Positions 25,590 to 38,101 of a DNA stretch of 64,000 nucleotides are shown in pieces (position 1 is the first letter of the stretch; every line of letters begins with the position of its first letter). Below the pieces are notes generated by a model. That model saw only the letters and a program-made list of their open reading frames with translations. It was not told where the DNA came from and did not search any database. Made by a program: the position numbers and the translations under genes. Source of the DNA: Eledone cirrhosa (taxonomy: Eukaryota). The DNA is taken from positions 154,256,001 through 154,320,000 of the forward strand of contig OZ024740.1 of the NCBI GenBank assembly GCA_964016885.1. Direction: 5' to 3'.

Positions 25590-28500
25590 ACCGTCACAAC
25601 CACTACCACCACACCGACACCACCACCATCACCACAACCACTACCACCACACAGACACCACCACATTCACCACAACCACTACCACAACACCGACAACAGC
25701 ACCATCACCACAACCACTACCACCACACTGACAACACCACCATCACCACAACCACTACCACCACACCGACAACACCACCATTACCACAACCACTACCACC
25801 ACACCGACACCACCACCAGCACCACAACCACTACCACCACACCGACACCACCACCATCACCACAACCACTACCACCACACCGACACCACCGCCATCACCA
25901 CAACCACTACCACCACACCGACACCACCACCATCACCACAACCACTTCCACCACACCGACAATACCACCATCACCACAACCACTACCACCACACCGACAC
26001 CACCACCATCACCACAACCACTACCACCACACCGACACCACCACCATCATCACAACCACTACCACCACACCGACACCACCACCATCACAACCACCACTAC
26101 CACCACACCGACACCACCACCATCACCACACCCACTACCACCACACCGACACCACCACCATCACAACCACCACTACCACCACACCGACACCACCACCATC
26201 ACCACAACCACTACCACCACACCGACACCACCACCATCACCACAACCACTACCACCACACCGACAATACCACCATCACCACAACCACTACCACCACTCCG
26301 ACACCAACGCCATCACCACAACCACTACCACCACACCGACACCACCGCCATCACCACAACCACTACCACCACACCGACACCACCACCATCACCACAACCA
26401 CTACCACCACACCGACACCACCGCCATCACCACAACCACTACCACCACACCGACACCACCGCCATCACCACAACCACTACCACCACACCGACACCACCAC
26501 CATCACCACAACCACTACCACCACACCGACACCACCGCCATCACCACAACCACTACCACCACACCGACACCACCGCCATCACCACAACCACTACCACCAC
26601 ACCGACACCACCACCATCACCACAACCACTACCACCACTCCGACACCAACGCCATCACCACAACCACTACCACCACACCGACACCAACGCCATCACCACA
26701 ACCACTACCACCACACCGACACCAACGCCATCACCACAACCACTACCACCACACCGACACCACCACCATCACCACAACCACTACCACCACACCGACACCA
26801 CCGCCATCACCACAACCACTACCACCACACCGACACCACCACCATCACCACAACCACTACCACCACTCCGACACCAACGCCATCACCACAACCACTACCA
26901 CCACACCGACACCAACGCCATCACCACAACCACTACCACCACACCGACACCAACGCCATCACCACAACCACTACCACCACACCGACACCACCGCCATCAC
27001 CACAACCACTACCACCACACCGACACCACCGCCATCACCACAACCACTACCACCACACCGACACCACCACCATCACCACAACCACTACCACCACTCCGAC
27101 ACCAACGCCATCACCACAACCACTACCACCACACCGACACCAACGCCATCACCACAACCACTACCACCACACCGACACCACCACCATCACCACAACCACT
27201 ACCACCACTCCGACACCAACGCCATCACCACAACCACTACCACCACACCGACACCACCGCCATCACCACAACCACTACCACCACACCGACAATACCACCA
27301 TCACCACAACCACTACCACCACACCGACACCACCACCATCACCACAACCACTACCACCACACCGACACCACCACCATCACCACAACCACTACCACCACTC
27401 CGACACCAACGCCATCACCACAACCACTACCACCACTCCGACACCACCACCATCACCACAACCACTACCACCACACCGACAACACCACCATCACCACAAC
27501 CACTACCACCACTCCGACACCACCGCCATCACCACAACCACTACCACCACACCGACAATACCACCATCACCACAACCACTACCACCACACCGACAATACC
27601 ACCATCACCACAACCACTACCACCACACCGACAACACCACCATCACCACAACCACTACCACCACTCCGACACCACCACCATCACCACAACCACTACCACC
27701 ACACCGACAACACCACCATCACCACAACCACTACCACCACACCGACACCACCGCCATCACCACAACCACTACCACCACACCGACACCACCGCCATCACCA
27801 CAACCACTACCACCACACCGACACCACCACCATCACCACAACCACTACCACCACACCGAGACCACCACCATCACCACACCCACTACCACCGCACCGACAC
27901 CACCACCATCACCACAACCACTCCCACCACACCGACACCACCACCATCACCACAACCACTACCACCACACCGACACCACCACCATTACCACAACCACTAC
28001 CACCACACCGACACCACCGCCATCACCACAACCACTACCACCACACCGACACCACCATCATAACCACAACCACTACCACCACACCGACACCACCACCATC
28101 ATCACAACCACTACCACCACACCGACACCACCACCATCACAACCACCACTACCACCACACCGACACCACCACCATCACCACACCCACTACCACCACACCG
28201 ACACCACCACCATCACCACAACCACTACCACCACACCGACACCACCATCATCACCACAACCACTACCACCACACCGACACCACCACCATCATCACAACCA
28301 CTACCACCACAGCGACACCACCACCATCACCACAACCACTACCACCACACCGTCACCACCACCATCACCACAACCACTACCACCACACCGACACCACCAC
28401 CATCACCACAACCACTACCACCACACCGTCACCACCACCATCACCACAACCACTACCACCACACCGTCACCACCACCATCACCACAACCACTACCACCAC

Positions 28501-28590
28501 ACCGACACCACCACCATCACCACAACCACTACCACTACACCGTCACCACCACCATCACCATAACCACTACCACCACAGCGACACCACCAC
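25590..28590. repeat. 38-bp minisatellite, about 78 copies
   Basis: Unit ACACCGACACCACCACCATCACCACAACCACTACCACC with a few variant units. Confidence 0.95.
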
Positions 28591-29089
28591 CATCACAACC
28601 ACCTCTATCACAACCACGCTTCTCAACACCACCTCTACTACCCCACCAACACTACTACCCCACCATCTTGCCACCATCACCATCACAAATATCATGGCAT
28701 TACTCCGCCGCCGAATCAACCTCGCATGTATACCATTTCCAAGACGACGTATCCCCACCTCCATCACCGCCATCACCAATACTATCATAATTACTTCATA
28801 ATCCTTTCCATTACCTTTACCATCATCAGCTTCCCCCCTCCTCATCATCACTGACACCACCAAAACCACCTCCATGGTCGTTATTATAATCATCATCATT
28901 ACCATCACCACCCCTAACATAACCCCCACAACCACAAACACAGTCAACATGATTATCATCCTCATCATTACTCTTATCACTATAACAATGGCCTCCAGCT
29001 TCAACATCATAATTAATCACCAGCATCACAACCATCATAATTAACACGTAAATTATCATCATCCCCATTATTACTATTGGTACTACCAC

Positions 29090-29280
29090 CATAATAATTG
29101 TTTCTACTTTTGGCACAAGGCCAGAAAATACCCAGTGTATTACTGGTACTTTATTTTATCGACCCCGTAAGGATGAAAGGCAAAGTCAACCTCGGCGGGA
29201 TTTGAACTCAGATCGTAAAGGGACGTAACTATGCTGGAAAGCATGGCGTCCGACCCTCTACCGATACTGCCAATCCACCG
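29090..29280 (-). mobile_element. SINE family A copy
   Basis: Full reverse complement of the family consensus. Confidence 0.9.
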
Positions 29281-31637
29281 AATAATCATCATCCTAATTA
29301 CAATCACGCTTACCAACAAAACAATGGTACTTCATTCATGAGAGACTCTACGTGGTTTATCGCCTTTCTAGAACTGTTAGTCAAATCTCCCTAAATTACA
29401 ACATACTGTATTTAAAACGTGTTATTTCAGATTACATAGATAATGTTGTGTGTAGGATTCAATAGACAAACCACAACAGAAACACAAACCCTCCATCTCA
29501 ATTTTACTTTTGAAAATCATAAGAACTGTGAAACCGGTAAAATAAATAGATATACTTAAAAGATCCCAGTTGCATTTTCAATTTCTTTTCCTCATATTTT
29601 TACCCGTGTGGGACATTAAAAAAAAACCTTACTTTGTTATATACATATAAACAACATTTTTCCAATTGTCATATTTCATGTTTTCTTGTTAAAACACGCG
29701 TAATCCGGATTAAACAACAATACCACTTTCACTAAATTAACCACCAAAAATACAGTTAATATTGTTATTATCAGTGACAGGGCAATGGGTTGGAAGAATA
29801 GTGAGAGCGTCGGATAAAATGCTTTGCCACATTAAATTACGGCTCTTTACGCCCTGAATTCAAATCCCGCCAAGGTCAACTTAGCATTTCATTTCATCAT
29901 CAAGTACTGGGTTCAATTTAATCTATTTCTCCTTTTCCTCTAAATTGCTGGCTTTATACCTAAATTACAGACCGTTGTATCATTGGCTTTGTTTTGGATA
30001 CGAATGAGCCCAACATCAATGTGATTTTTTAGCAAAGAATATCGGATTTCCCAATGTGAAATGAAGTAAAATAGCTTCATCTAAAGCTTCTATGCGCTTA
30101 CTCGATCTGCTAGAAATAGCAGCCAAATATCTCTGTAAAGGGAGTTTCGATACACTAAAAAATGTACTTACAGATGTACACAATATCGTGATGATCAAGG
30201 CTACAACGGATTTAACCATAGGTATCAATGCAATTCTATACTCCACTGCACTGTTCGATTCTCTGTCAGTCTCGATGAAGAAAATGTATCTGTTTGATCA
30301 GCTGAAATATTACTCATAAAATTAACATATCAGCAATTGAATATTCCACAGACACGGATACCCTCAACGTAATCAGCGAATCAGCGTGACACAAAATGTG
30401 ACAAATTTGTTCTTTTATGTTACAGGGATAATCATAAGACTGTGACAGAGAGAAGTCATATATGTAATTTATTTATCGATGTCGAAAGATAAAAAGCAAA
30501 GTTGATATTGGCCTGATTTGAACTCAGAATGCCAGAGAGCCAGAATCATTTTACACTCTAATGATTCGGACAATTCACCAGGTTTTTTTTTTTTGGGGGG
30601 GGGGGGGGGGGGGGCTTTTTTTTAATTGGAGGAGACATTGGATATTGTAGTCCTGAATTCATTGTGTACGAAAAATGAGATAATCACGGCTGGAAAACCT
30701 GTGATAATTTGTCTGCTCAAACAGAGCTGACCGAGGGCTAAACAACAACAGCAACAACTATGTTCTTTATAGCTCTTACCCGTTGAATTACATAATAACA
30801 ATGAAAAGCATGGAGATTAAACTTGAAGACTGTTTCTATTGAAGAAATGTTAGGTTCGATTATATCTACCTTTTTTTTTCTTCTTTGTAAATTTTGTATC
30901 ATCTCCTTTATCTCTAAATTGGGTGCGAAATACATTTTTCTTGCTTCAGAATTTAAGCGACCACTACAAAATTGAATTATGTTAACCAACTTTTACCTTG
31001 CAAGATATGATTGAGAGCAGGGAAAGGCAAAGCAGGACAGAGCAGGGCAGGGAGGTGGAAGCTGGGTATCGAATATTTCAGAAATATTCCTTTTACTACT
31101 GTCTCTAGTTGTAGTTGTTAAGCCCCAGCTTATTCAATTCAGTCATTCATTTAACATGCAGTTTACCTCTGCTTTTGTAGTTCTAAATCTAATTTTGTGC
31201 ATGAGTTTACATTTTTTGTCAAATACTACATAGTAAATGATGGTTAAAATGGTTAAAACACTCATAAAATGTTAAAAATAGCCATTACAAATGTTTCCCA
31301 GACTCAGAGAATATCATGGTGCCTGCTTCAAAGATTCATACAGTTTTAGTCGATCAAACTTATGATGATAATTAAAACTGTAAACACCCCCATTAAAAAC
31401 CCTAGGGAAGGGGAGAAATATTCTGTATCTAGGATAACCCCTAATTTCTGATGAAGTTGTAGAGGCACTCTAGCGACCAATAGCATGTCCTCCGCATTTT
31501 AAACCTGACTGAACCCATTCCCTCTCCAGAAGGACTATATTATCCAAATCACTGTTCAAATCGGTGGCGCGAGATTCATTGCGGGTGAGGTGGGGGTGAA
31601 TTGACTGCTATTTTTAGTCTGCCAGTGGTGGCGGTGA

Positions 31638-31694
<57 letters not shown>

Positions 31695-31873
31695 AGTGGG
31701 TGTCATTCTTTCGTTATCCTACAATCTCCAACGCAGCCACAAACAATTATGACAATAACAACAGTAATTGTAATTCAAGCAGCTTTTAGGAAGAGGTGAG
31801 GGGGGATGTATGTATGTATGTATGTATATATGTATGTATGTATATAGTATGTTTGTATGTATGTATGTATGTA

Positions 31874-31977
<104 letters not shown>

Positions 31978-31989
31978 GCATGTATGTAT

Positions 31990-32398
31990 GTCTCTCTTTC
32001 TCTTAATTTCAAGTACATTTTTGACCTGCCACCTTCCTGGTGGCAAGGTTGTAAAAGAAAAGAAATTGTCTTCCCTTGAATCGCCAGAATGTTTTGCAAA
32101 ATTTCGAAGGTGCCAGCTATCGCAGCCATTTGTAGTCTATGAATTAGAAAGCTGCGCTCTTTGTCCACAAATTCAAGTTCAGTTATACTTTAATCCAAGA
32201 GGATTGGTATATAAACTGTAGCTTCAATAATGATGGGTATGAAGCTGAAGGTTTATCTTGGATACTGGATCTGCAAACTCCTCGTCAATTGTGTCCTCTT
32301 TCTCTTGTATTTTCATAGATGTACTCTTTCTCTTGTATTTTTCTTACAACATTGACATCAAGTGGGCAGCTGATCTCTACAACAGAGCACGTTTTCAA
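31990..32398 (-). mobile_element. 5'-truncated degenerate copy of the R4/Dong LINE 3' end
   Basis: Translates [10 protein letters not shown]; 3'UTR matches 51600-51683; flanked by (TATG)n. Confidence 0.85.
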
Positions 32399-32744
32399 TG
32401 TATGTATGTACGTAGCGAGCGGGAAGTGTCTAACAAAATGAACTAGCCCACAATCAAAGATCTTTTAGAATGGGAAGTTTACAGCAGTCACAACAAAAAA
32501 ATAAAACAAAAAAAAAACAATCATAAATGAGCAGAAAGACATTTATATATATATATATATAAATGAAAATAGAGAAATTAATGTAAGCAAGAAGCCAACA
32601 GTATTTCATAATATATAAGTGACTATAACGCCAAGATGGAAAATATTTAACGTAAGATATGGGAAAATAATTCAATCTCAATTCAAAAAAAGTCAAGACA
32701 AATTTTATCCACAGATTTTGTGAAATATATATATATTGGGGCTG

Positions 32745-33275
32745 AGGGTGTATATGTGTGTGTAAGAGTGTGTGTATGTGTGTATGTATGTGTGTTTGAG
32801 TGTGTGTCTGTATGTGTATGTGTGTTTGAGTGTGTGTGTGTGTTTGAGTGTCTGTCTGTGTGTGAATGTGTGTTTGAGTGTGTATGTGTGTTTGAGTGTG
32901 TGAATGTGTGTGTGTGTGTGTATGTGTGTTTGAGTGTGTGTGTATCTGTGTGTGTGTATGTGTGTTTGAGTGTGTGTCTGTATGTGTATGTGTGTTTGAG
33001 TGTGTATGTGTGTGTGTGTATGTGTGTTTGAGTGTGTGTGTGTGTGTCTGTGTGTGTGTATGTGTGTATATGTGTGTTTGAGTGTGTGTCTGTATGTGTG
33101 TTTGAGTGTGTGTGTGTATATGTGTTTGTGTGTGTCTGTGTGTGTATGTGTGTTTGAGTGTGTGTCTCTGTGTGTATGTGGGTTTGCGTGTGTGTGTGTG
33201 TTTGAGTGTGTGTCTGTGTGTGTCTGTGTGTGTATGTGTGTGTGTTTGCGTATCTCTGTGTGTGCGTGTGTGTGT
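32745..33275. repeat. Compound (TG)n-derived minisatellite with recurring TTTGAG interruptions
   Basis: TGTATGTGTGTTTGAGTGTGTG-type units repeated. Confidence 0.85.
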
Positions 33276-33444
33276 AATAACACAGTTCTTGTCAAACTGG
33301 GTGGCAAAGCTGTGTAATGTATGTTAATCTGTGATACCGCTAGAATGAATGTACAAATAAATCTCTCGGATTTATTAATCCTGCCATGCATTTAGCCTCC
33401 TTATTCTCTCTGTCTCCTTCTCTCTCTCTCTCTCTCTCACTCTC

Positions 33445-33478
<34 letters not shown>

Positions 33479-33924
33479 CCTCTCTCTCTCTCTCTCACTC
33501 TCTCTCTCCCTTCCTCACTCTTCTTTGTTATCTACATTCTTTTTCGTTTTATATATTTTTTTTTTTATAAAGGAAGGGGGAAGATTTTGAACATATTACC
33601 TTTTCAAAGCAACATTCTCCAATTTCTCCCAGATATTGTTGTTGTTCACGTTGTTGTTGTTTTACCCCCGGGTCAGCTCTGATTCAGCAGATGTATGATC
33701 GAATGTGACTACCGCGTCATTTATTTTTAATTTAGATATATAGTGATTTGAGGAAAATTTCTGTTTTTCTAGCAAAACGAGAAACCACATAGAACTTTCG
33801 CTGTCTCTGATTTTTTTTTTTTTTTCTTATTTATTTACTGGTTTCCGTCTTTACATTGCGTCCATGCTGGACACCAGCTTAAAATGATTTACTTTATCAT
33901 ATCGACCCAGTACTTATTTTACCG

Positions 33925-34245
33925 ATTTCTAACAGTAAACATAAACACAGTTACGTGATACATACATACATAAGAATATGTAAAACATTCCAAAAATTCT
34001 GCATTTAATAACTGCATGTGAACATGTACAGATGCAAAGCATATGCATATGCATACATATAACGCAAAACATACACATCCACACATACAATAACAGCCAT
34101 ACCTGCACACACATGCATGCAGACATGCATACATATCTACCTAGTTGGTGTTGTGTAAATCCCAATGAGAAAGCCTTGCATCTATGTTAGAAACCGACTC
34201 TCTCGCTGTTGGTAAAAATTTATTAAATTATAAAACCAGAGGAAC
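33925..34245 (+). mobile_element. 3' end of a second R4/Dong family (also at 47105-47410 and 53720-54000)
   Basis: Shared 3'UTR ...TGCATCTAATAACTGCAT...CTAGTTG.TGTTGTG...TATGTTAGAAACCGACTC...CCAGAAGAA followed by (CATA)n. Confidence 0.8.
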
Positions 34246-34281
34246 ATACATACATGCATACATACATACATACATACATAC

Positions 34282-35212
34282 ATGATGGCTGCCCCCTCGT
34301 TATCGAGTATGATCATTGCACGATATAACATAATTAATAATTAATTAATGCTATCGTGCAATGCCTGTGCGTGAAGATTTTTTTAAAGTGATGAAATACT
34401 GTGCACTGAGCCAATCCCACTCTCTGGGTGACAGTAGTTATAACCCGAAAAGAAGAAAAGATCAACATCATCGGTAACTACTGAGCCGCAGATTTTATGT
34501 CGGAGTTATCCCAGTTTCCTGAGTTGCCTTCTCCTAGAAGAATGCCCAGACAACGGCTAGGGGTCCTTCACTCCCAGTGGTTTAACCGCGCGATCGGGTA
34601 TCTAGCCCGTTTATTTCTAGCATACATACACCATACATGGTGGTTGCCAACTCGTTTTCGAGTACGGCCACTACTTTATATCCATGTAGGAGAACCCCTG
34701 CCGATGTGCTGAACGAGTGTGACTTTTTAGTCCAGCCAGCGACTTGAAAACTCTGGTACAAACACTATACACTGTGACAATTACTGACACATAGTGCTGG
34801 GCCCATGGTACCATGTGGCGACAAGTGCAGAGAAATCTCCAGATATAAAGCAATGCCTGTGCCGTGAAGTTTTTATAGTGAGCAAAGGCACTGCACAAAG
34901 CCAGTCCCACTCTCTTAACCAAGATATTTACCAAAAAGAAGAACAAGTCAACATCATTGGATACCATCAGGGTTGCAGGTGCTATATCAGAGTTTTCCTT
35001 CTCCTAGAATTCTGCCTTGACAAAGGCTAGGGGTCATCTCTCCCGGTGATTTTGGATGGCCATTGACTCTTAAGAGCTCCTTTGACAGGTTTTGATTTTA
35101 GTCCTGCAGGATGTCCAAAGTCACCCTCCTCACCAAGAAACCTTGGTCGGGTTGCCAGTTTAGTCGCCAACGACCCGACCATGAGACAGGTTGTACTGGG
35201 ATACATGTTACC
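34282..35212 (-). mobile_element. Two adjacent non-autonomous RTE-related elements (34282-34620; 34638-35212) in (CATA)n
   Basis: Near-identical to 61466-61813 and 51770-52378 respectively. CTAGGAGAAGG..AACTC motif recalled from RTE 5'UTRs; 3' end CTCGA.AACGAG..GGCAGCCA. Confidence 0.7.
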
Positions 35213-35265
35213 ATACATACATATATACATACATACATACATACATACATACATACATACATACA

Positions 35266-35297
<32 letters not shown>

Positions 35298-35299
35298 CA

Positions 35300-35830
35300 T
35301 TTCACTCTACAATGTAACCATATTAGAAAGGATAGTGCTGGGGATAAAAATGTAAAAGGTTAGAGAAGAGAAGGGCAAACTCACACTATATGAAAGAGTA
35401 CTGTTAGAATGTTATAGTCTAAACTCAGACCAGGCATAATGATATGGGATAGAGAAAATAATGCATATAGAGTAAAGGAAATCAGTTGCCTAGCAAATGT
35501 TAATATAATATTAAAGATTAGCGAAAAGGAGAATATTTTTGCCCAAATGATGAAGAACCTGCAGATACTCCACTCTGACTATATCTTTGGGATCATTGGG
35601 GCAACCAGAAAATACACGGCTAATCAGGAAATTGCAAGTATATATGGACGTATATATAGAGAGAGAAACATATGTATTTATACACATATAAGTCAACTCA
35701 TACAGATTCAAACATGCAATGAAATGTATATCTGCATACATACACAAACACATGCCGACATGCATACGTTTTATCTAGTTGGTGTCTAACTTCCGATGAA
35801 ATAGACTTGTCTGTGTTAGAAACTGACTCC
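35300..35830 (+). mobile_element. Degenerate fragment of the second R4/Dong family
   Basis: IMIWDRE...EISC.A.VNI..KISEKENI matches the 53097 ORF (RLE domain). Confidence 0.75.
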
Positions 35831-36124
35831 CGCTTTATTTATGAGAAAATAATTGTTTCTACTTTTGGCACAAGGCTAGCAATTATCTCAGTGCATTACT
35901 GATGCTTTATTTTATCGATATTTCTCGTTATTTCTTTTTAGATTTTTATTGATTTCCCCGTGAATATTTTTGTAGCAATGTCTGCCACCTCTTCGGATTT
36001 TGTTTTTCCTTTTCTTTGCATTTTTTCTCTTTGTTTATTGTGTGTTGCAAAGTATTATTGTCAAGTATGTGTGTGTATTGTCATGTTACCTTATGCCCAT
36101 GTCAGTCTTAATATGTGTAATGAA

Positions 36125-36420
36125 GCTTAGTGGCTTAGTGGTTAGGGTGTTCGGCTTAAGGTCGTAAATTCGATTCCTGGTGGCGTGTTATGTCCTTGAG
36201 CACGACGCTTTATTTCTCGTTTCTCCATAGATGGGGGAATAAGTTGTACCTATAATTCAGAAGGCTAGAATTGTTACACAGTGTCACGCTGGGTATACCT
36301 GAACATTACGTAAAATATATGTGTTTATGGAATGCTCAGTCACCTGAACATTAATTTCAAGAACAGGCTGTTATTTTGATCGCACAGCTAGAACACTAAT
36401 CGTCGTTGGTTACGGATTTC
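36125..36420 (+). mobile_element. tRNA-derived SINE, family B
   Basis: A-box GTGGCTTAGTGGTTAG, B-box-like TTCGATTCC, then GTGTTATGTCCTTGAGCA. Confidence 0.7.
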
Positions 36421-36728
36421 CAACGAGAAAATCACCGGTTCACTGAATTTATGATAGTGAGAGAGCGACAAGTGTAAACAATACTAAACGGTATTTTAGA
36501 CTGAGATCATTGGGTTATCGAGTCTTTTCACCTGTGATTTTATATCTGTCACTGATAATTAGTGAAAGATGTACAGAAATCAACATTAAATATTTGCACT
36601 TTGTATATTTTGTGTATATCTGTGAATATATATATTACATTGTATCTTTTTAGCTCCGCTTTAGAATATTAAGTATACCGTATCTATTACATAAAGATAT
36701 AACGAAATATGTATGCTTATATATAGAA

Positions 36729-36798
<70 letters not shown>

Positions 36799-36811
36799 GG
36801 AGTGAGAGAGA

Positions 36812-37455
36812 GAAATAAGAATGTTTTTGCCTTTGGCACAGGCCAGCATATACTCCAGTGCATTACTGGTGCTTTATTTTATTGACCCCGTAAGGATGAA
36901 AGACAAAATTAACCTGGCGGGATTTGAACTCAGAACGTAAACGGCCATAACTTCTATGCTGAAAAGCATGGTGTCTGACACTCTACTGATATTGCCAAAC
37001 AACCACCCTAGAGAGAGAAAGAAATAATAATTGTTTCTACTTTTGGCACAAGGCTAGCAAGTAACCCAGTGTATTACTGGTACTTTATTACACTGGGATA
37101 ATTGCTGGCCTTGTGCCAAAAGTAGAAACAATTATTATTTCTTTCTCTCTCTAGAGAAAGAAATAATAATTGTTTCTACTTTTGGCACAAGGCCAGCAAG
37201 TAACCCAGTGTATTACTGGTACTTTATTACACTGGGATAATTGCTGGCCTTGTGCCAAAAGTAGAAACAATTATTATTTCTTTCTCTCTCTAGAGAAAGA
37301 AATAATAATTGTTTTAACTTTTGGCACAAGGCCAGCAATTACTGGTACTTTATTTTATCGACCCCGTAAGGATGAAAGGCAAAGTTAACCTCGACGGGAA
37401 TTGAACTCAGACCGTAAAGGGACGTAACTATGCTGGAATGCATGGTGTCCGACTA
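36812..37455 (-). mobile_element. SINE family A cluster: two copies separated by two 139-bp palindromic SINE-tail units
   Basis: SINEs at 36812-37008 and 37292-37455. The unit starting GAAATAATAATTG occurs at 37021, 37160 and 37299. Confidence 0.85.
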
Positions 37456-38050
37456 CAATATAAAAAGGCTCAATACAGCTTTATATTGTGAGTGCCTTAC
37501 GTTAAATATATGTAAGATAAACCAGTTTAATTTTTCGATCGGTCCTTCGGTCAACTCTACTAAATTCACAAGAAATTGATGAAAGCAAAAACGTTATGGT
37601 ATAACGCCATTTGCTCAGGTTGCTGCACAATGGGACGGAACCCAGAACTATGTTGGAGTTGTGAAGTGAACTTTTTAAAGCACACAGTCATGTCTGTTTT
37701 TTCTTTTACTATTTACATTAATACTGTCATTTGATGGCAGATGACTTTGGTATATCTCTCTTATCAAGTGAGAGAAATTATACACGCTGAATGATTGCTT
37801 CCAGATAAAGTCATAAAACATTTTATAGTGGCTTAGCATCGTGAACCTTAAGAACTGGGGTTTCCGGTAATATTTCTAAGGAGATTATTTTATTTATTTG
37901 TTTGTTTGTTTATTCATTTAGATTACTTTTGGCAGAATCGAAAAAAAAATCCTTCAGTTTAATAAATAGATTCAATTATTTTAAATTATGGGTTAAAGAA
38001 TTTCCAAAATTCATTGTTCTCCTTACTCGTATTTGCGTATGTAAATGTAC

Positions 38051-38099
<49 letters not shown>

Positions 38100-38101
<2 letters not shown>

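Noticed and set aside
25590-28590. Mucin-like Thr/Pro/His coding repeat or CRISPR-like array
   Set aside because: The 38-bp period shifts frame each unit, and there are no unique spacers or cas genes.
31448-31492. CTGATGA followed by a hairpin
   Set aside because: GAAA is absent (CAATA instead) and there is no helix I.
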